Source of the DNA: Utricularia gibba | Taxonomy: Eukaryota > Plantae > Magnoliophyta | Direction of reading: 5' to 3' | DNA: 64,000 nucleotides | Assembly: GCA_002189035.1 (NCBI GenBank) | Contig: NEEC01000016.1 | Span: 1,922,001 to 1,986,000, forward strand | Part shown: piece by piece, positions 26,356 through 38,547 of the stretch | How the letters are laid out: every line of letters starts with the position of its first letter | Position numbering within the stretch: the first letter of the stretch is position 1 | Notes under the pieces: generated by a model | Seen by the model: the letters and a program-made list of their open reading frames with translations, nothing else | The model's database searches: none | What the model was told of the DNA's origin: nothing | Position numbers and translations under genes: made by a program

Positions 26356-27900
26356 TCACCAACGCTCCCGAAGCCGCCCATCTGGGAAAACTGGAACAAC
26401 AACTTTCGCATCACTCTTTCCATTGACTTCCCTTACTAGTAGTTCCTTGCGTTGCTGAGGCACACCATCATCCTCGCCATCATCCTCATCCTGGTCGCTC
26501 CATTCGTCCTCTCCATCTTCATCTTCATCTTCTGTGTATTCATCACTTGCCAAGTCATCAATCTCGTCATCATCCCACTCATCACTCTCGTCTTCATAAG
26601 ACAAGCTATCCGTGTCTGCATCCTTTGAATCGCCCCCTGCTGGAACTCTCTTGGAGAACCTTGGAACATTCACGAGTGCACGGAGCTTCTCCTTAATGAG
26701 CAACAACCTATCCTTTTCGATAAGCTGTGAATCTCGATAAGCTTCGCGGAGGAAAACTGAGTCCCTGTCACCCTTCATCGATACATAAAACATGTCAGGA
26801 TGCCTGATTAGCATTCCCCTAACTTGCTGAGAGAATCTGAAGTCGTCTCGAAAATGGGTCAGATGATCTACAAGCGTTCTCTTCTCAACAGTCAGGCTCA
26901 AAATCTCATGAACAACAGCACACGCGTGCTTTTCCTTCTCCTGACTACCGGATCGTAACATGGAGAAATCTGAATAAGGAGAGATATACGGCATATCTCT
27001 AAATTGTGAAATCCGTCTCATATCCCCTCTAGAAAGATTAAGTCCCTTTGGTAGCTTAACTCTGTTAAACTTTGGGACTCTATCAATGATCAAATTTCGT
27101 TCCACGAGCTCACGCTCCCTATTCTCTTCTTCGGCAAGCTCAGCAGCAGACACTGCGAGTTCAGGATCCCAATGCGTCAACTCCAGCGCTTGTCCTCGCC
27201 CTGTTGAAACGACCTTGAAATATTGCGGGTAACGATGACAAATCGTATCTCGAAATTCCAAAGGCAGACCAAGATCAGTTCTCAAATGAGCTATTTTCTC
27301 TAATAAAATCCTCTTGTCAATAGACATCATCAGAAGCTTTCTCAATTTTGTAACCAACAAATACTCCATTTCATTTCTGATCCTCATCTCCTCATGATAA
27401 AGGCTCTCCGCTTCAGGGGTTAACCTGAAGCGAAGTGAATAAGCTCCCTCTTCTACAATCTCGAATACCGCAGGAAATCTCCTCAACAAAGCAATAAAGC
27501 GCCTCCTTTTCTGCAACCCCAAATCTCTTCTAAATCTCCCCAACTCGCGAAGCGGCATAATTCTATCAGGTTGGCTCATCAGAATCTTCCGAATTTTCAA
27601 AACCAATTTCAGTTTCTTGTCCTTTTGAATTACATTGTCAAATGGCATTTCTTTCCTTCTCTTGACGACACCAGCTTTTATAATGGGACAAAACGTCCTC
27701 GAGTTCGGTAGCAAACCATTTTTTCCCCTGAAGACAGAAGTTTGCCCCAAATATGGAGTTCTGATAGCGAGTTCGGATGAAATCGATGCACCTATGGTTA
27801 AGCAGGATAAGGATGTATAAAATAGTGAAGAAGAATTCACCGGCACCGCGGAAACAGAAGGCGGAGCTTTATGGGATGAGATGAAAAGCTTGGCCTCCAT
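26356..27900 (-). CDS. WTF1: PORR-domain chloroplast group II intron splicing factor WTF1 ortholog, intronless, 514 aa
   Basis: ORF 26356-27930 opens on TTG; the first in-frame ATG is at 27900 (MEAK...). Transit-peptide-like N-terminus, KEMPFDNVIQKDKKLKLVLKIR..., KEKHACAVVHEILSLTVEKRTLVDHLTHFR, acidic tail, C-terminal FPDGRLRERW. Confidence 0.92.
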   Translation of the reverse strand: MEAKLFISSHKAPPSVSAVPVNSSSLFYTSLSCLTIGASISSELAIRTPYLGQTSVFRGKNGLLPNSRTFCPIIKAGVVKRRKEMPFDNVIQKDKKLKLVLKIRKILMSQPDRIMPLRELGRFRRDLGLQKRRRFIALLRRFPAVFEIVEEGAYSLRFRLTPEAESLYHEEMRIRNEMEYLLVTKLRKLLMMSIDKRILLEKIAHLRTDLGLPLEFRDTICHRYPQYFKVVSTGRGQALELTHWDPELAVSAAELAEEENRERELVERNLIIDRVPKFNRVKLPKGLNLSRGDMRRISQFRDMPYISPYSDFSMLRSGSQEKEKHACAVVHEILSLTVEKRTLVDHLTHFRDDFRFSQQVRGMLIRHPDMFYVSMKGDRDSVFLREAYRDSQLIEKDRLLLIKEKLRALVNVPRFSKRVPAGGDSKDADTDSLSYEDESDEWDDDEIDDLASDEYTEDEDEDGEDEWSDQDEDDGEDDGVPQQRKELLVREVNGKSDAKVVVPVFPDGRLRERW

Positions 27901-29008
27901 TGCTAGCTCGAAACCCTCGCATGGAGTCAAAGGATAAGCATTTCGAAATGCTGGAGAAGATTAGGGTTCTACGAGTCCAAGCGCCAACCAGCAAGAGCCA
28001 CAGGACAGGCGTCTGATATTTTTCCATTCACGCCAATTAAAGCTTTTCTTTTCCCATTTTTTTATTATAAACAATAATGAAGTATTTCACGAGAAAGCAA
28101 AGGCAACAAATTGTCGTGTGTGTATGGGTTTTTGAGTGACCCAAGGCCCAAGACTAAGCCCAATAATCTTGTGTGTAGTAGGGAGGGTGAGAATCAGAAC
28201 TCAAAGCATGCAAACCACGAGAATCGAAACATCAGTTGTGACCTTTGATGCTTGCATGGTTTGGACACAAGGCACCTAGCTAACAACCCTATAACACCCC
28301 ATGCCCACACTTCCCTAGTTAAGTTCAAGGTTGGGTGATAGGTAAGTGTTCATATGTCATGATAGTGTGGTTCGTTAGATTCTACAACGATAGTCTTGAG
28401 GTTTCCTAAAAAAGGATGTATACATAGGAGTGCTTCCCAATTGTCCCTCCCAACATGCACATTGTCGTTACTTCCCTCCTCGCCATCTAGTCCCACCTTG
28501 CATGAAGCAACATAAGGATTGGTGTTTCCTATGTAAGCTCACCCTCTGCTTACGATACAACTATGAATAAAAAAAAAATTCATGAGTGAGACTTTCTAAT
28601 CATCACAAAACACTCTTCAGTGAGATACTTCAAACATTGCTCACTACAATTACTACTCTTGTGAGTGGTAATTGGACTCATGTCCATTAGTGTTGTCCAT
28701 TGAACTATCATGCTTGCATCATGACATTGCTACTATAGGTGTCAACTACAACCTTAAAATTATTGGACATTGTTTTACCAAGCATATTCTCAATGTTTTC
28801 ACTATGAATGTCAATAGCACCACACCTATAATGGGTGAACTACCATCGTGCACCGTCTTTTACTCGGTGAATTGCCATGACAATGCCCAGCAATAGATGA
28901 CATGTCATGATTATTGCTCACTTGATTCTCTTGTATCGTACTTCACTCTGGCTAGAGGATATGTGAATCCCTATTGCTCAATAGTTGTTAGATGCATTAA
29001 ATGAGTAC

Positions 29009-30362
29009 TGATGCGTGTCGTTTCACAAAACATTTTAATATTTTTAAAACTCGTAAAACACAAAACCGTATTACGGGTGTCGAATGCAGGGAGTTGTTTT
29101 TGAGTGAAAGGTGAGGTACCCCGAATACAACTGTCACAATTTGTAAACAGTTTTGAAAGTAAAAGGTGCGAGAAACATTGATGATGAAGCTTGAGTAAGG
29201 GAATAAGAGGGGCTTTGAATAGACAACTGAAATAAATGTAAGCGATGAACCTTAAATAAAGTAAATGTTCCTGATTTGGAATCCTGTCTAGCTATGTTCG
29301 TTGCGTCTTCACTCCTCTCTAGTTTTCTCGAGTACTCGGTTATAAGAGTAAGGAATTGCCTAACCTCCCTTACACTCTCTTGCAAGAAGGCACGGGAATG
29401 ACCCGATGTTGCTCCTCCTTGGACGAACATGAGAATAAGAGGTCCTGCCAGTGTACCCTCACAACCGAATTGCGCGCATGTGCCCGAGTGTTTCCAATGA
29501 CCCAATGAGTCCAGATACGAGGTCACTACCTATCCATTGATCCTGAGGTACGCCCATAGACAAAACGTAATCTTCCTCCTGCCAAAAGGGCATAAGTTGG
29601 TGCTTTCCACCTTGCTCCTCTCCAAAACCCACGGGTAGTGATCAACTAGCCATGAATCTTGAATAAGGGGACTATTACAGAAAGACTGCAACATAGTCAT
29701 GTGAAGACATACGAAACCCATTCGGATTCAAAGAAGAGATGAAGATAAGCTAATGAAACATAGATATGGGGGTGTTCCAACCTAGAAACGGAAGTCTCTA
29801 GCCGTGAACGGCCATACAAACTAAAGGAAAGGAAAACAAAGTTCTAGAGAGAAGCTAGAGGAAAATCCTCTAGAGAGAGAAAATAAAAGGAAAAACTAAA
29901 CTAAACTACTACTTGTCCCACGTCTGAACAGAACTGAACTTCAATGAGAGTTTGAGATTTCGTGTCCCCTTGGTTCTGCTGAACTTGAGATGACTTGCAA
30001 GCAAACATCTGCTTTGACACTAGTACGCTAATGATATCGCCTATCAGGGACTCCCGTGTTCCGCATGTCAAGGCTCATGATTAGGCGTCTGCAGTCTTCC
30101 GTAAATCAAGAGAATGTGAGCTCAGGAAGATCTAATTTGTAGCCATCTGATGCCCTCTTTTTCTTACTTCCTGCCACGTGTGCGCCTCTAGAAAAACTCA
30201 ATTAAAACTAGCAAAAGTATTAGATAAAATAAAAGATTTAGGATAAGTACCCTAAACTAGATAAGAACCTAAATCTCATATTATAGACTCCTAATTGGAC
30301 ATTTCTAATCACAATTAAGTATAAAAACAACCTAAAAAATAATAAAAAAATGACACTTAACA
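29009..30362 (-). mobile_element. Solo LTR, 1354 bp
   Basis: TG...CA termini (TGATGCGTG ... CACTTAACA) with a perfect 5-bp TSD AGTAC (29004-08, 30363-67). Termini resemble those of 53416-54730. Orientation inferred. Confidence 0.85.
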
Positions 30363-31099
30363 AGTACCCTTGATCAGTCTCTCCACTTATACATGCTTGT
30401 GTACCTTGTGCTTGGCCCTTATTTTCCTCACCTAATCACACACATGTTCATTATACTATGTCTTAGTAGATGTGATGATTGGCATTTCCATACATGCCAC
30501 TATGCTATCTCACTTATTCATTACTCTTCTATCATGTATCGTCTCTTAATATGCCTGTAAATGTTACAATCCTCTCCACATTTGGCTCATTGTCATGCCC
30601 CTTCAATTGCATCTAGTCCAAATTGTTCATTCAAAAAAAAAAAAAAACTTACGATTCACTCTGCCTTAATACTCTTCGGGTTCCCAAAATGCTTATTGCA
30701 TCACTCCTCTCATTCTCATGTAGCTTCATTTATGGTCCTACTTTCCTATTAGACTTTTACCCATGACATTACCCACTATTTGATTATATTTACTTGTTGA
30801 TCCAAATGTATAGTAGTTGCATTTCGTAAGTTGGATTATCCCACAATGTGAACTCAAATTCATAAACCACTCCCTCAAGTCTTATCACACATTCTCTCCA
30901 ATTCGCTCAGTAACTACATAAGGGTTGATACAATAAAACGCTAGCCTCTAATAGCTATATCCTTGGATGATTCCCTTTCAAATTCCAAGAATTTCCTCCA
31001 TCCATCTCCCATTTCTATTATCTATCATGCACATATTATAATTGCTCTCATACTATATTTATAGCTTTTTCGAGCTATTGCATGACCTCCAATTCAAGT

Positions 31100-33640
31100 A
31101 TAAAGCACCCCTCCCCCCACCTTTTTTTAATTGTAATAGATTGCCATCTATAGACTATACAATGCCTTGAAAGCCATCTCTTCCGAACTTGTTTAATTAT
31201 ATGAAGATATTCACATCTAGATGATGAAGATATTAATATAAATCAATCTAACTCTCCTAAAAAAAAGTAGCTAATGCTAGATATTACATCTTATGAAGAC
31301 TCAAATCAAATTGAAAGAGATCCTGATGTAAGATGATATCAAAATACCCGATGGAAAAAAGGGATGTGAATTGACGAGTTTATTGAAAACTTGGACCTTT
31401 TCAAATTGATCTGCCTAACTTACAAGGTAAATGTTGGAAATTTCTTAGTTATTCGTATAAAGTATTTCCAAAATGGTTTAAGTATTCTCCTTTAAAAGAT
31501 GATGTATTTTGCCTTCCATGTTCTCTTTTTTTCAAGCCATTTTTTGGGGCAAATGCATTTGCTATGGATTGATTTAAGAATTGGAAAAAGGTGAATGCAG
31601 GAAAACATTATACTTTTTTGCATCATATAGGAAAAGATCTTCTTTTTCCATTTAAGGTTTCTATGCAGAATTGTCATGATATGATGAATTTATTATAATA
31701 TATAGATAGGGTTATTGATGGACATTCTATTTAGTTAGTGGCTCAAAATCAATTGAGACTTAAAGTTTCGATTGAAGCCGATAAATTATGTGCTTTTCAC
31801 GGAATTGCATTTAGAGGATTTGATGAGAATTCAAATTCAACTAATGGAGTTAACTTTCTAGAGATGACAAGATACATAAGTATATTTAACAGTGAAGTTG
31901 TTGCTATTGTTCTTGAAAATGCTCCTACAAATAAATCATATACTTCTCCCACAATTAAGAAAGAGATAGTTTCTCTCTATGCAAGGAAAATTCAAAGATT
32001 TATACGTTCAAATATTGGTGCTTCAAAATTTTGTATCCTTGTGAATGAATCACGAGATGAATCCTGTAGGGAACAAATGGCTATTGTGTTAAGATTTGTA
32101 GATGATGATAGTTTTGTTCAAGAAAGATTCTTTGATATTGTCAATGTGAAAAATACTCAATACGTGATGTTAAAGAAAGAGATATGTGATGTTCTATCTT
32201 ATCATAATTTGAGCTTACATGATATTTGAGGACAAGGATATAATGGTGCTAGTAATATGCATGGAGAGTGGAACGGTTTGCAAGCTTTGTTCTTAGATGA
32301 ATATTCTTATGCGTATTATATTCATTGTTTTGCTCATAAATTGCAATAAGTATTGGTAGCTACATTAAAAAATATCATCCTTGTTGAAAATTTCTTTTCA
32401 TATGTCATGTTGATCATCATCTTAGTTTCATCTTCTAAACATCAAGATCATTTGCGAAGTGCTAGATCACTTCAAATTGAAGAATTGACCTACACTAGTG
32501 AGCTTAAAATAGGTTCTTGAAAAAATCAGATTAGCAGTCTACAATGCCCTATTGAAACACGTTGGGGTTCTCATTTTAAATCTTTGGTTAGTCTACTTGA
32601 AATGTTTGATCCAATTATTCATGTGTTAGAAGATATAATAGATGATGATAAGGGCTTTGTTTTATCAAAATCATTAGCTAAAAGAGTTTGTGAGATAATG
32701 TTGTTTTTTAAATTTATGTTTATCTTTCATTTCATAATAGAACTATTGAAAATGACAGAAGATTTATGTAGAATATTTTAATATAGAGATCAAAATATTT
32801 TGAATTCTATTGATTCGATTGAACATGCTAAGGAAATCATTCATGGCTTCCAAGAAAATAAACGGGGTGAATTGCTAGAAAATACTAAGAAGTTTTATAT
32901 GACTCATGATATAGATATTCCTTATATGGATGCTATTCGTCTATCAAGTAAAGGTTGTTTTCAGAAATCTTGTCCTGTTACATTTGAATATTACTATCAA
33001 TTTGAGATATTTATATGCACTATAAACTGTGTACTAGATGAAATAAGAAGCAGAATTAATGAAAAGGTGGTTGAATTGCTTAAACTATGTTCAACTTTGA
33101 ACCCTAAATGTGTTATGAATCATATGATTTCTTTGAAATTTGTTGATCAATTGAAAATTTCTATCCAATTGATTTTACGGATTAAGAAAAGATACATTAG
33201 AGATATCAATTGATTTGGATGTGATGTTAAGAGAAATTTCAATGACATTTCAAATGTTTATGAATTATGTCAAATTATGGCGAAGAATAGGAAGTTAGTG
33301 AATTATTATCTTGTTGATAGTCTAATTTGACTTATTTTGACTCTTCTAGTTTCTACACCGACTTTTGAACATGCATTCTCAGCGATAAAAATTGTGAAGC
33401 ATCGGTTGTAGAATAAAAGGGAAGATGATTTTTTATCTATCTCTTTGATTATGTATATTGAAAAAGATACTGCTCGTAGTTTCAATGTTAATAGTTTAAC
33501 AGATGAATTTGAGAGTATGAAAAATCGTAAATTAAAATTTTGGGTTACGTTGAATGTATTGTTTTTTGAAATTTGTTCTTGAATAATGATATGTTACAAT
33601 ATTAATGTTTATTTGTCCCTCCCTCTCCAAAGTTTTTCCT
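31100..33640 (+). mobile_element. Dead hAT-superfamily transposase (ZMYM1-like: TTF zinc finger, DUF4371, hATC dimerisation domain)
   Basis: Motifs WFKYSPLKDDVFCLPC, AFRGFDENSNSTNGVNFLEM, FCILVNESRDESCREQMAIVLRFVD, RGQGYNGASNMHGEWNGLQALF, YIHCFAH, STPTFEHAFSAIKIVK. Multiple stops and frameshifts; TIRs not recognisable. Confidence 0.9.
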
Positions 33641-34427
33641 CATCATAGGATAAACCTAGTTATAATATAATGTAATGCCCCGCAACAACTTCCCACCGAT
33701 GAGGCACATTGTCATTCCCTAGCCCCATCGTGCACCGCATGCTTAGGATCATTGAGACACATTCACAATGCATACGATCGGGCTAGCGATTTATCGGAAG
33801 TCATATTAAAAAACGAAAAACCAAATACAACGTTATGTTCCTATTTACATAATGAAAATTATCATGCAAAAATGGCAAAATGAGATGCAATAAAACGTGA
33901 CTTCCATAACAATTCTGGAAAATTTTTTTATAGTTTTTTAAAATCTTTTTCTTGATTTTTCATTCATTGTATGATATTTGACTTTTCTTAATTCATATAA
34001 TTTTTTATTTGCACTACATGCATTGACAAGCGTAATTAACACGGTGTCTAAAAATTTGTTTATATTTTTTAATTTGTATAATTTTTTAGCTGTAAGCTAA
34101 GCATGATTACATGAAAATAAAAATAAATTTTTTTATTAATTAATTTCGATTTTTATTTTGGTGGTTGTTGATTCTTAATGGAGTTTCTGCAATAAATAAA
34201 TCGAAATTATTGGAGCATGTGGTTCACCACGTCATCTCAGATTCATGGATTGGTGAAGACCATTGAAGCTGAAGTGAAGTGTGAAGTAAGCTCCCAAGTA
34301 ATGTTCATGGTTGCCTGCGGAGGGGAGAGGGAGTGGCCGAGCACGAAGATGAAGAGCTCTGTCATTGCAACACATCAATCTACAGACGCGGAGGTCTTTC
34401 TGGACTGGTGGGCGGCAGTGATGAGCA

Positions 34428-36092
34428 TCAATCCGAGTCGGGGACACGGGATAACATCTCCATGATCAGGTCATTCCAGGCATCGATCGGCCCTGGTAAG
34501 CACCAATGCAGGCAGTCATTCTGAATCTTGTCGTTCTCGCCCTTGCCATCATAGGGATGGAACTGCCGGTACACCCCCGGATGACCATCGGGGCGCAATA
34601 GCGACAGCCCCGTCGTATCCAGCAATCGCAATTCCAACCCATTCTTCTGGCGTGCTGCTGCAGCAGCCATGTCGAACTCCTGAAGCTCTACATCTCGCAT
34701 GAAGCGATCCACTTGTCGCATTCCAACTTGTCCTGGTTGGAAAGGTACGGTTCTGTTGCAGTACCCCCCTGAATCCCATTCCCCATTCTCGAAGTGATCG
34801 GGGGTGGTGGTTCTGAAAACAATCAACGGCTTGTGCGTGGATTCGGTGAAGAACTTGAAGGTAGAGTTGAGGGCTCTGCGGTAGGCGTAGTCTATCGGTA
34901 TCTCCGTTGTGTTGCTCTCACGGCATCCGTGGCAGCCAATGGGTCTGGAGTTCTCGTAGTAAACTGCAGACTTGAGAAACCATTTGCCTCCTGCGATTAG
35001 TACGTAATCCAGGTGCTGGTATTGCTCCGTCCATACGGTGTCCAGTCGATCAAGATGAAGCTGGATTGTGCCAGAGGAAACGCCATCGTCATTCTCAAAG
35101 ATGCGAGCCTTTGTAAGGAAAGGAGCCCAGACCAAGGAGACAGTGAAGTTGGAGGAGGGGAATGACCATCTTCTGTTCTTGAAAGTCTCGTCGTGATAAA
35201 CTTCGACAGCATCTTCAACCTGAAGGGAAGCAATTCAACACGATTTACTGGAAGTGGCAAGAACACAGAGAGACAGACAGCGTTGAATTGTTTGAGGATT
35301 CAGATTCGCAAACAAATCAACTGGAGCCCGGGACCAGTTAGGTGGGATTTCGCTGTTGAAGGCCATCAACAGAGAAACACAATCCCACATACATCTCAAG
35401 GAATCGGTGTGATGCTGACCGCTGATCTCAACGCAAAGATGATACCTTTATCAGCACGTCACAGTTGCATTCATTCACTGAACTCAAGAACAGTCAAGAT
35501 GGTTACCTCGGAGAGCATGCAGAACAATGACTGAACATGGTTCCTCATTATGGAGTCGCCGATGAGAGCCATAGATTTCCCTCTCATTCTGCTGAGAAAT
35601 TTCCTGGCATCGAAGTTTGGTAAATCACAGTCCTTGGGTTTCCATCTCCAGTAAAGGTAATCCGAATCCGGCCTCCCATTCTTGATGCAGTTTTGTGGCG
35701 GCTCAATCATGGAGCACGTAGCATTAGTGTACCTCGGGCCGTTGAAATCTCGAACCCATCTTCCCACGAAGATATCACAACTTTCTGAGAGGAACACGAG
35801 CGCACCAGCAATCAGAGATCTACGCCTTAGTAACCCGAAAACAAGCAAATCTCAACGAAAAATGCACGCGCAAATGAGAAGCAATAGATAGCAGCAGGGA
35901 AAACCCACTAGCGAGATTCAGAGGAACATGGTTTTGTCCATCACCGGGAACCGCGCGAGGCGAGACCGGCACAATGTCGGCAGAAAAGAGGCGGTAAGCC
36001 AGACCCAAGAGAAGGAAGCAGCAGGCGAATTTGAGGAATGCGGGCGAGACCGGGAGCATGTGGTTGGGAAAATGGGCGGTGAATCGCTTCAT
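34428..36092 (-). CDS. TBL: Trichome birefringence-like (TBL25/26-like) polysaccharide O-acetyltransferase; 3 exons, about 405 aa
   Basis: Exons about 36092-35945, 35784-35507 and 35219-34428. N-terminal TM helix, CDIF.G.W...CIKNGRPD, GDS motif (LIGDSIMRN) and DxxH motif (NDCLHWCLPG). The first donor site is inferred. Confidence 0.92.
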
Positions 36093-36494
36093 CGCCGGCG
36101 CCGGTTGCAAAGGATTGCTGAACGAAAATGTGGAAGTTGTTGAGTGAGGCGAGGCGACGATACCCACCCCAACAACCCGTCTTCACTCGGAAGCGAGAGA
36201 TCAGCATCAACGTATAAATGAAGCCGCGCTGTGTCGCCGACAGTGCCGTCGTCATTAATGTTGATGAGTAGTTAACAAGATTAGGAAGCAAAGCTTCATC
36301 ATAATCAGATACCTCCTGAAACTAATTCAATTGTTTTGACTGCTGAGGTCAAAGGGTCAGATCGCCAGCCAATCAGATGGCTGAGGACGGGGTTTATGGC
36401 TTGGAATTTCGAGCATCATCATACAAAAATGGACTCCGACACCTTAAAGAAGAAGAGGAAGGACGACTCACAGAAGATGAGAGCTTGCGAAGAA

Positions 36495-38547
36495 CTAGTA
36501 GGCTGTGCTGAAGTAGCTCTTCACACCATTTGCGTGGAGTATTTGCAGCACGGTGTCGTTGGACGGGCCGATGCACCGGGGAGTCTTGAACTGGCTGACG
36601 GCGGCCCCCAGTCCGACGTAGTGATCGAGTATCCTGTTGAACGTCCCCTTCTTCACAAGTCGGAGCTCCAGGGCATCAATGGCCTTGACCTTTCTGGACC
36701 CTATGTAGCCTGCATCCATGAAGGAGGTATCCAAACAGTTGCAGCATTCTTGGAGGATCTCGTCACGCGGTTCCCCATTTATCTCCCAGTAGATGACGTA
36801 GTGTCCGGGGGTGCTCGATAAATCCGTGCGGCTTGTGAAGTCGACGAGCTCCAACTTCCCCTTGGTGAGCAGCCCAGCTGCGGCTTCCACGGACAACTGC
36901 AAATCCTTCTCGGTGTTCTTGTCAATGTTGATTGTGAGCAGGAGGTTTCTCCGGCAGATGAATTGCAGCTCAGGCGTGGAGTTGTGAAACCCTTTCACCT
37001 TCACTACGTCCCCTAATCGGTAGCGGTAGAATCCTGCAAAGGGTAACACATGAGCCAGGACATCACTAGTACTAGACACCTTAAAGTGTAACAACCTATG
37101 AAATGAAGCCCGCAAACTACTGGCTACTTGAAAGACACGGTGGCGAAGGGCTGAAAAAGGAGGAGAGAAATCACCTGCAAAGTTGGTGATGATGATCTCG
37201 TACTCCTCCCCTACCCTGACATCTGTTAGTCCAACGGGTTGCGGTTCAGTAGTCAATGTGCAAGAATCCTCCTCCTGATCACTTTGAGGCCGCAGCGGGA
37301 TGAACTCAAAATAACCGATATTCGGAAGGACGGCATACGTGACCTGCTCGGGAGGCAGCTTAGGATTTATATTCACACCGATCCATCCTTCAGAGGATCC
37401 ATAATCGGCGCTCATGAGAGGCACCTCGGCAGCATAATGCCTCAGTTTCTTGACATAAGGCTCCATGGATCCCGTCATAATCCCATAAATGTACTTCACA
37501 TTTGGAAATAGCTCGGGAATCACACCAAACCAGTTTCTCAGCCCCAAGCATTTGTCATATATGATGTTTGCTGATTCTGGGTCCGCCTTCAGAAGCTTCG
37601 ACACAGCTGTTCGGATTGATGGGACGGTGATTCTGTTGCTGAGGGAACCGTTCCTGATATCAGAAACGAGTTCTTGCCATATTTGTTCAAAGCGTCTGAA
37701 TGCTTGGACAATGCTATGGGCAAATGTTGAGGAAATAACATGGATTTCATTCCTGAAAACCAGCCCACAGAGAAGATGGCAGTAAAGAGATTGATCAAAG
37801 TCAGGTCCAAAGATGACTTCATCAGGGCTGCTGCACGGTGTCTGCATTGCTTTCATAGTTTCCTTGAACCGCACATTTCGGTACACATTCGTGGTGGCAG
37901 TCCCAGCTAATAAGCCTCCTTTTGTTTTGAATTGCTTGCTGCTGTAAATGAACTGAAGTGCCTTCCCATTTTTTACAGGATATTCCCTGCAGCGTACCAC
38001 GAAAATGGGAACTAGAATATCAAGCAGGATGACAAACTCGGGTAATCTACAACCAATGGATTTATATACCTGCTTCTGAATGCAAAAGAGGTCTTAAAGA
38101 CTTGCATGGTGCTTTCCATCAATTCCTCGTTGAAGGGTACGAGCTTCGGCTTTCCCTCACTCGTACCAGAACTGAAAGAAACACACAATTTTATGAGAGC
38201 TGCACCTTTTTTTACTGTGTTTCGAGCTAAACAGAACACAGCCATCTACCATTTACAATCTACCTCAATGAAATAGTGGTTATTGGTTTTTTGGTGAGAA
38301 CGCTTGGATTTCTCCCTTCAGCAATAGAAACTATGTCAGGGTCCAAATCCTTGTGAGAAACAAGGGGAATACAGTTTCTGAAACTATCAGGGTCTGTTCT
38401 TCCATTGAGACCCCATCTCCTCAAATACTCTGCTTCCCCATTTTCTTCCAAGATTTTCTGCAGTGTTTCCCTCTGAATCCTTCCAGCATCAACCGTGATT
38501 GCCTCAAATTCTTCTACCACTGCATCCAAGTCTATATCCTCTACCAT
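36495..38547 (-). CDS. JAR1: GH3 group I acyl-acid amido synthetase, JAR1/GH3.11-like (jasmonoyl-Ile synthetase); 4 coding exons, 578 aa
   Basis: Exons 38547-38264, 38171-38070, 37986-37175 and 37033-36495 total 1737 nt. Motifs SSGTSEGKPK, YGSSE, YRYRLGD; group I features GKALQFIYSSKQF, GTATTNVYRN, CSSPDEVIF. Confidence 0.93.

Noticed and set aside
26430-26680. Asp/Glu-rich low-complexity tail of WTF1
   Set aside because: An acidic C-terminal tract is, as far as I recall, a normal feature of WTF1 orthologs, so not novel.
28150-31090. Decayed sequence flanking the 29009 solo LTR, possibly an old Gypsy remnant
   Set aside because: Translations gave only vague resemblances; cannot be assigned without a profile search.
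33671-33790. TGTAATGCCCC start resembling a chromovirus LTR
   Set aside because: About 120 bp only, with no matching end or TSD.
36336-36821. 161-aa plus-strand ORF, and similar antisense ORFs over TBL, the TIGR01589 gene, WTF1 and CSE1
   Set aside because: Antisense shadows of GC-rich coding exons; several begin on non-ATG codons and show no motifs.
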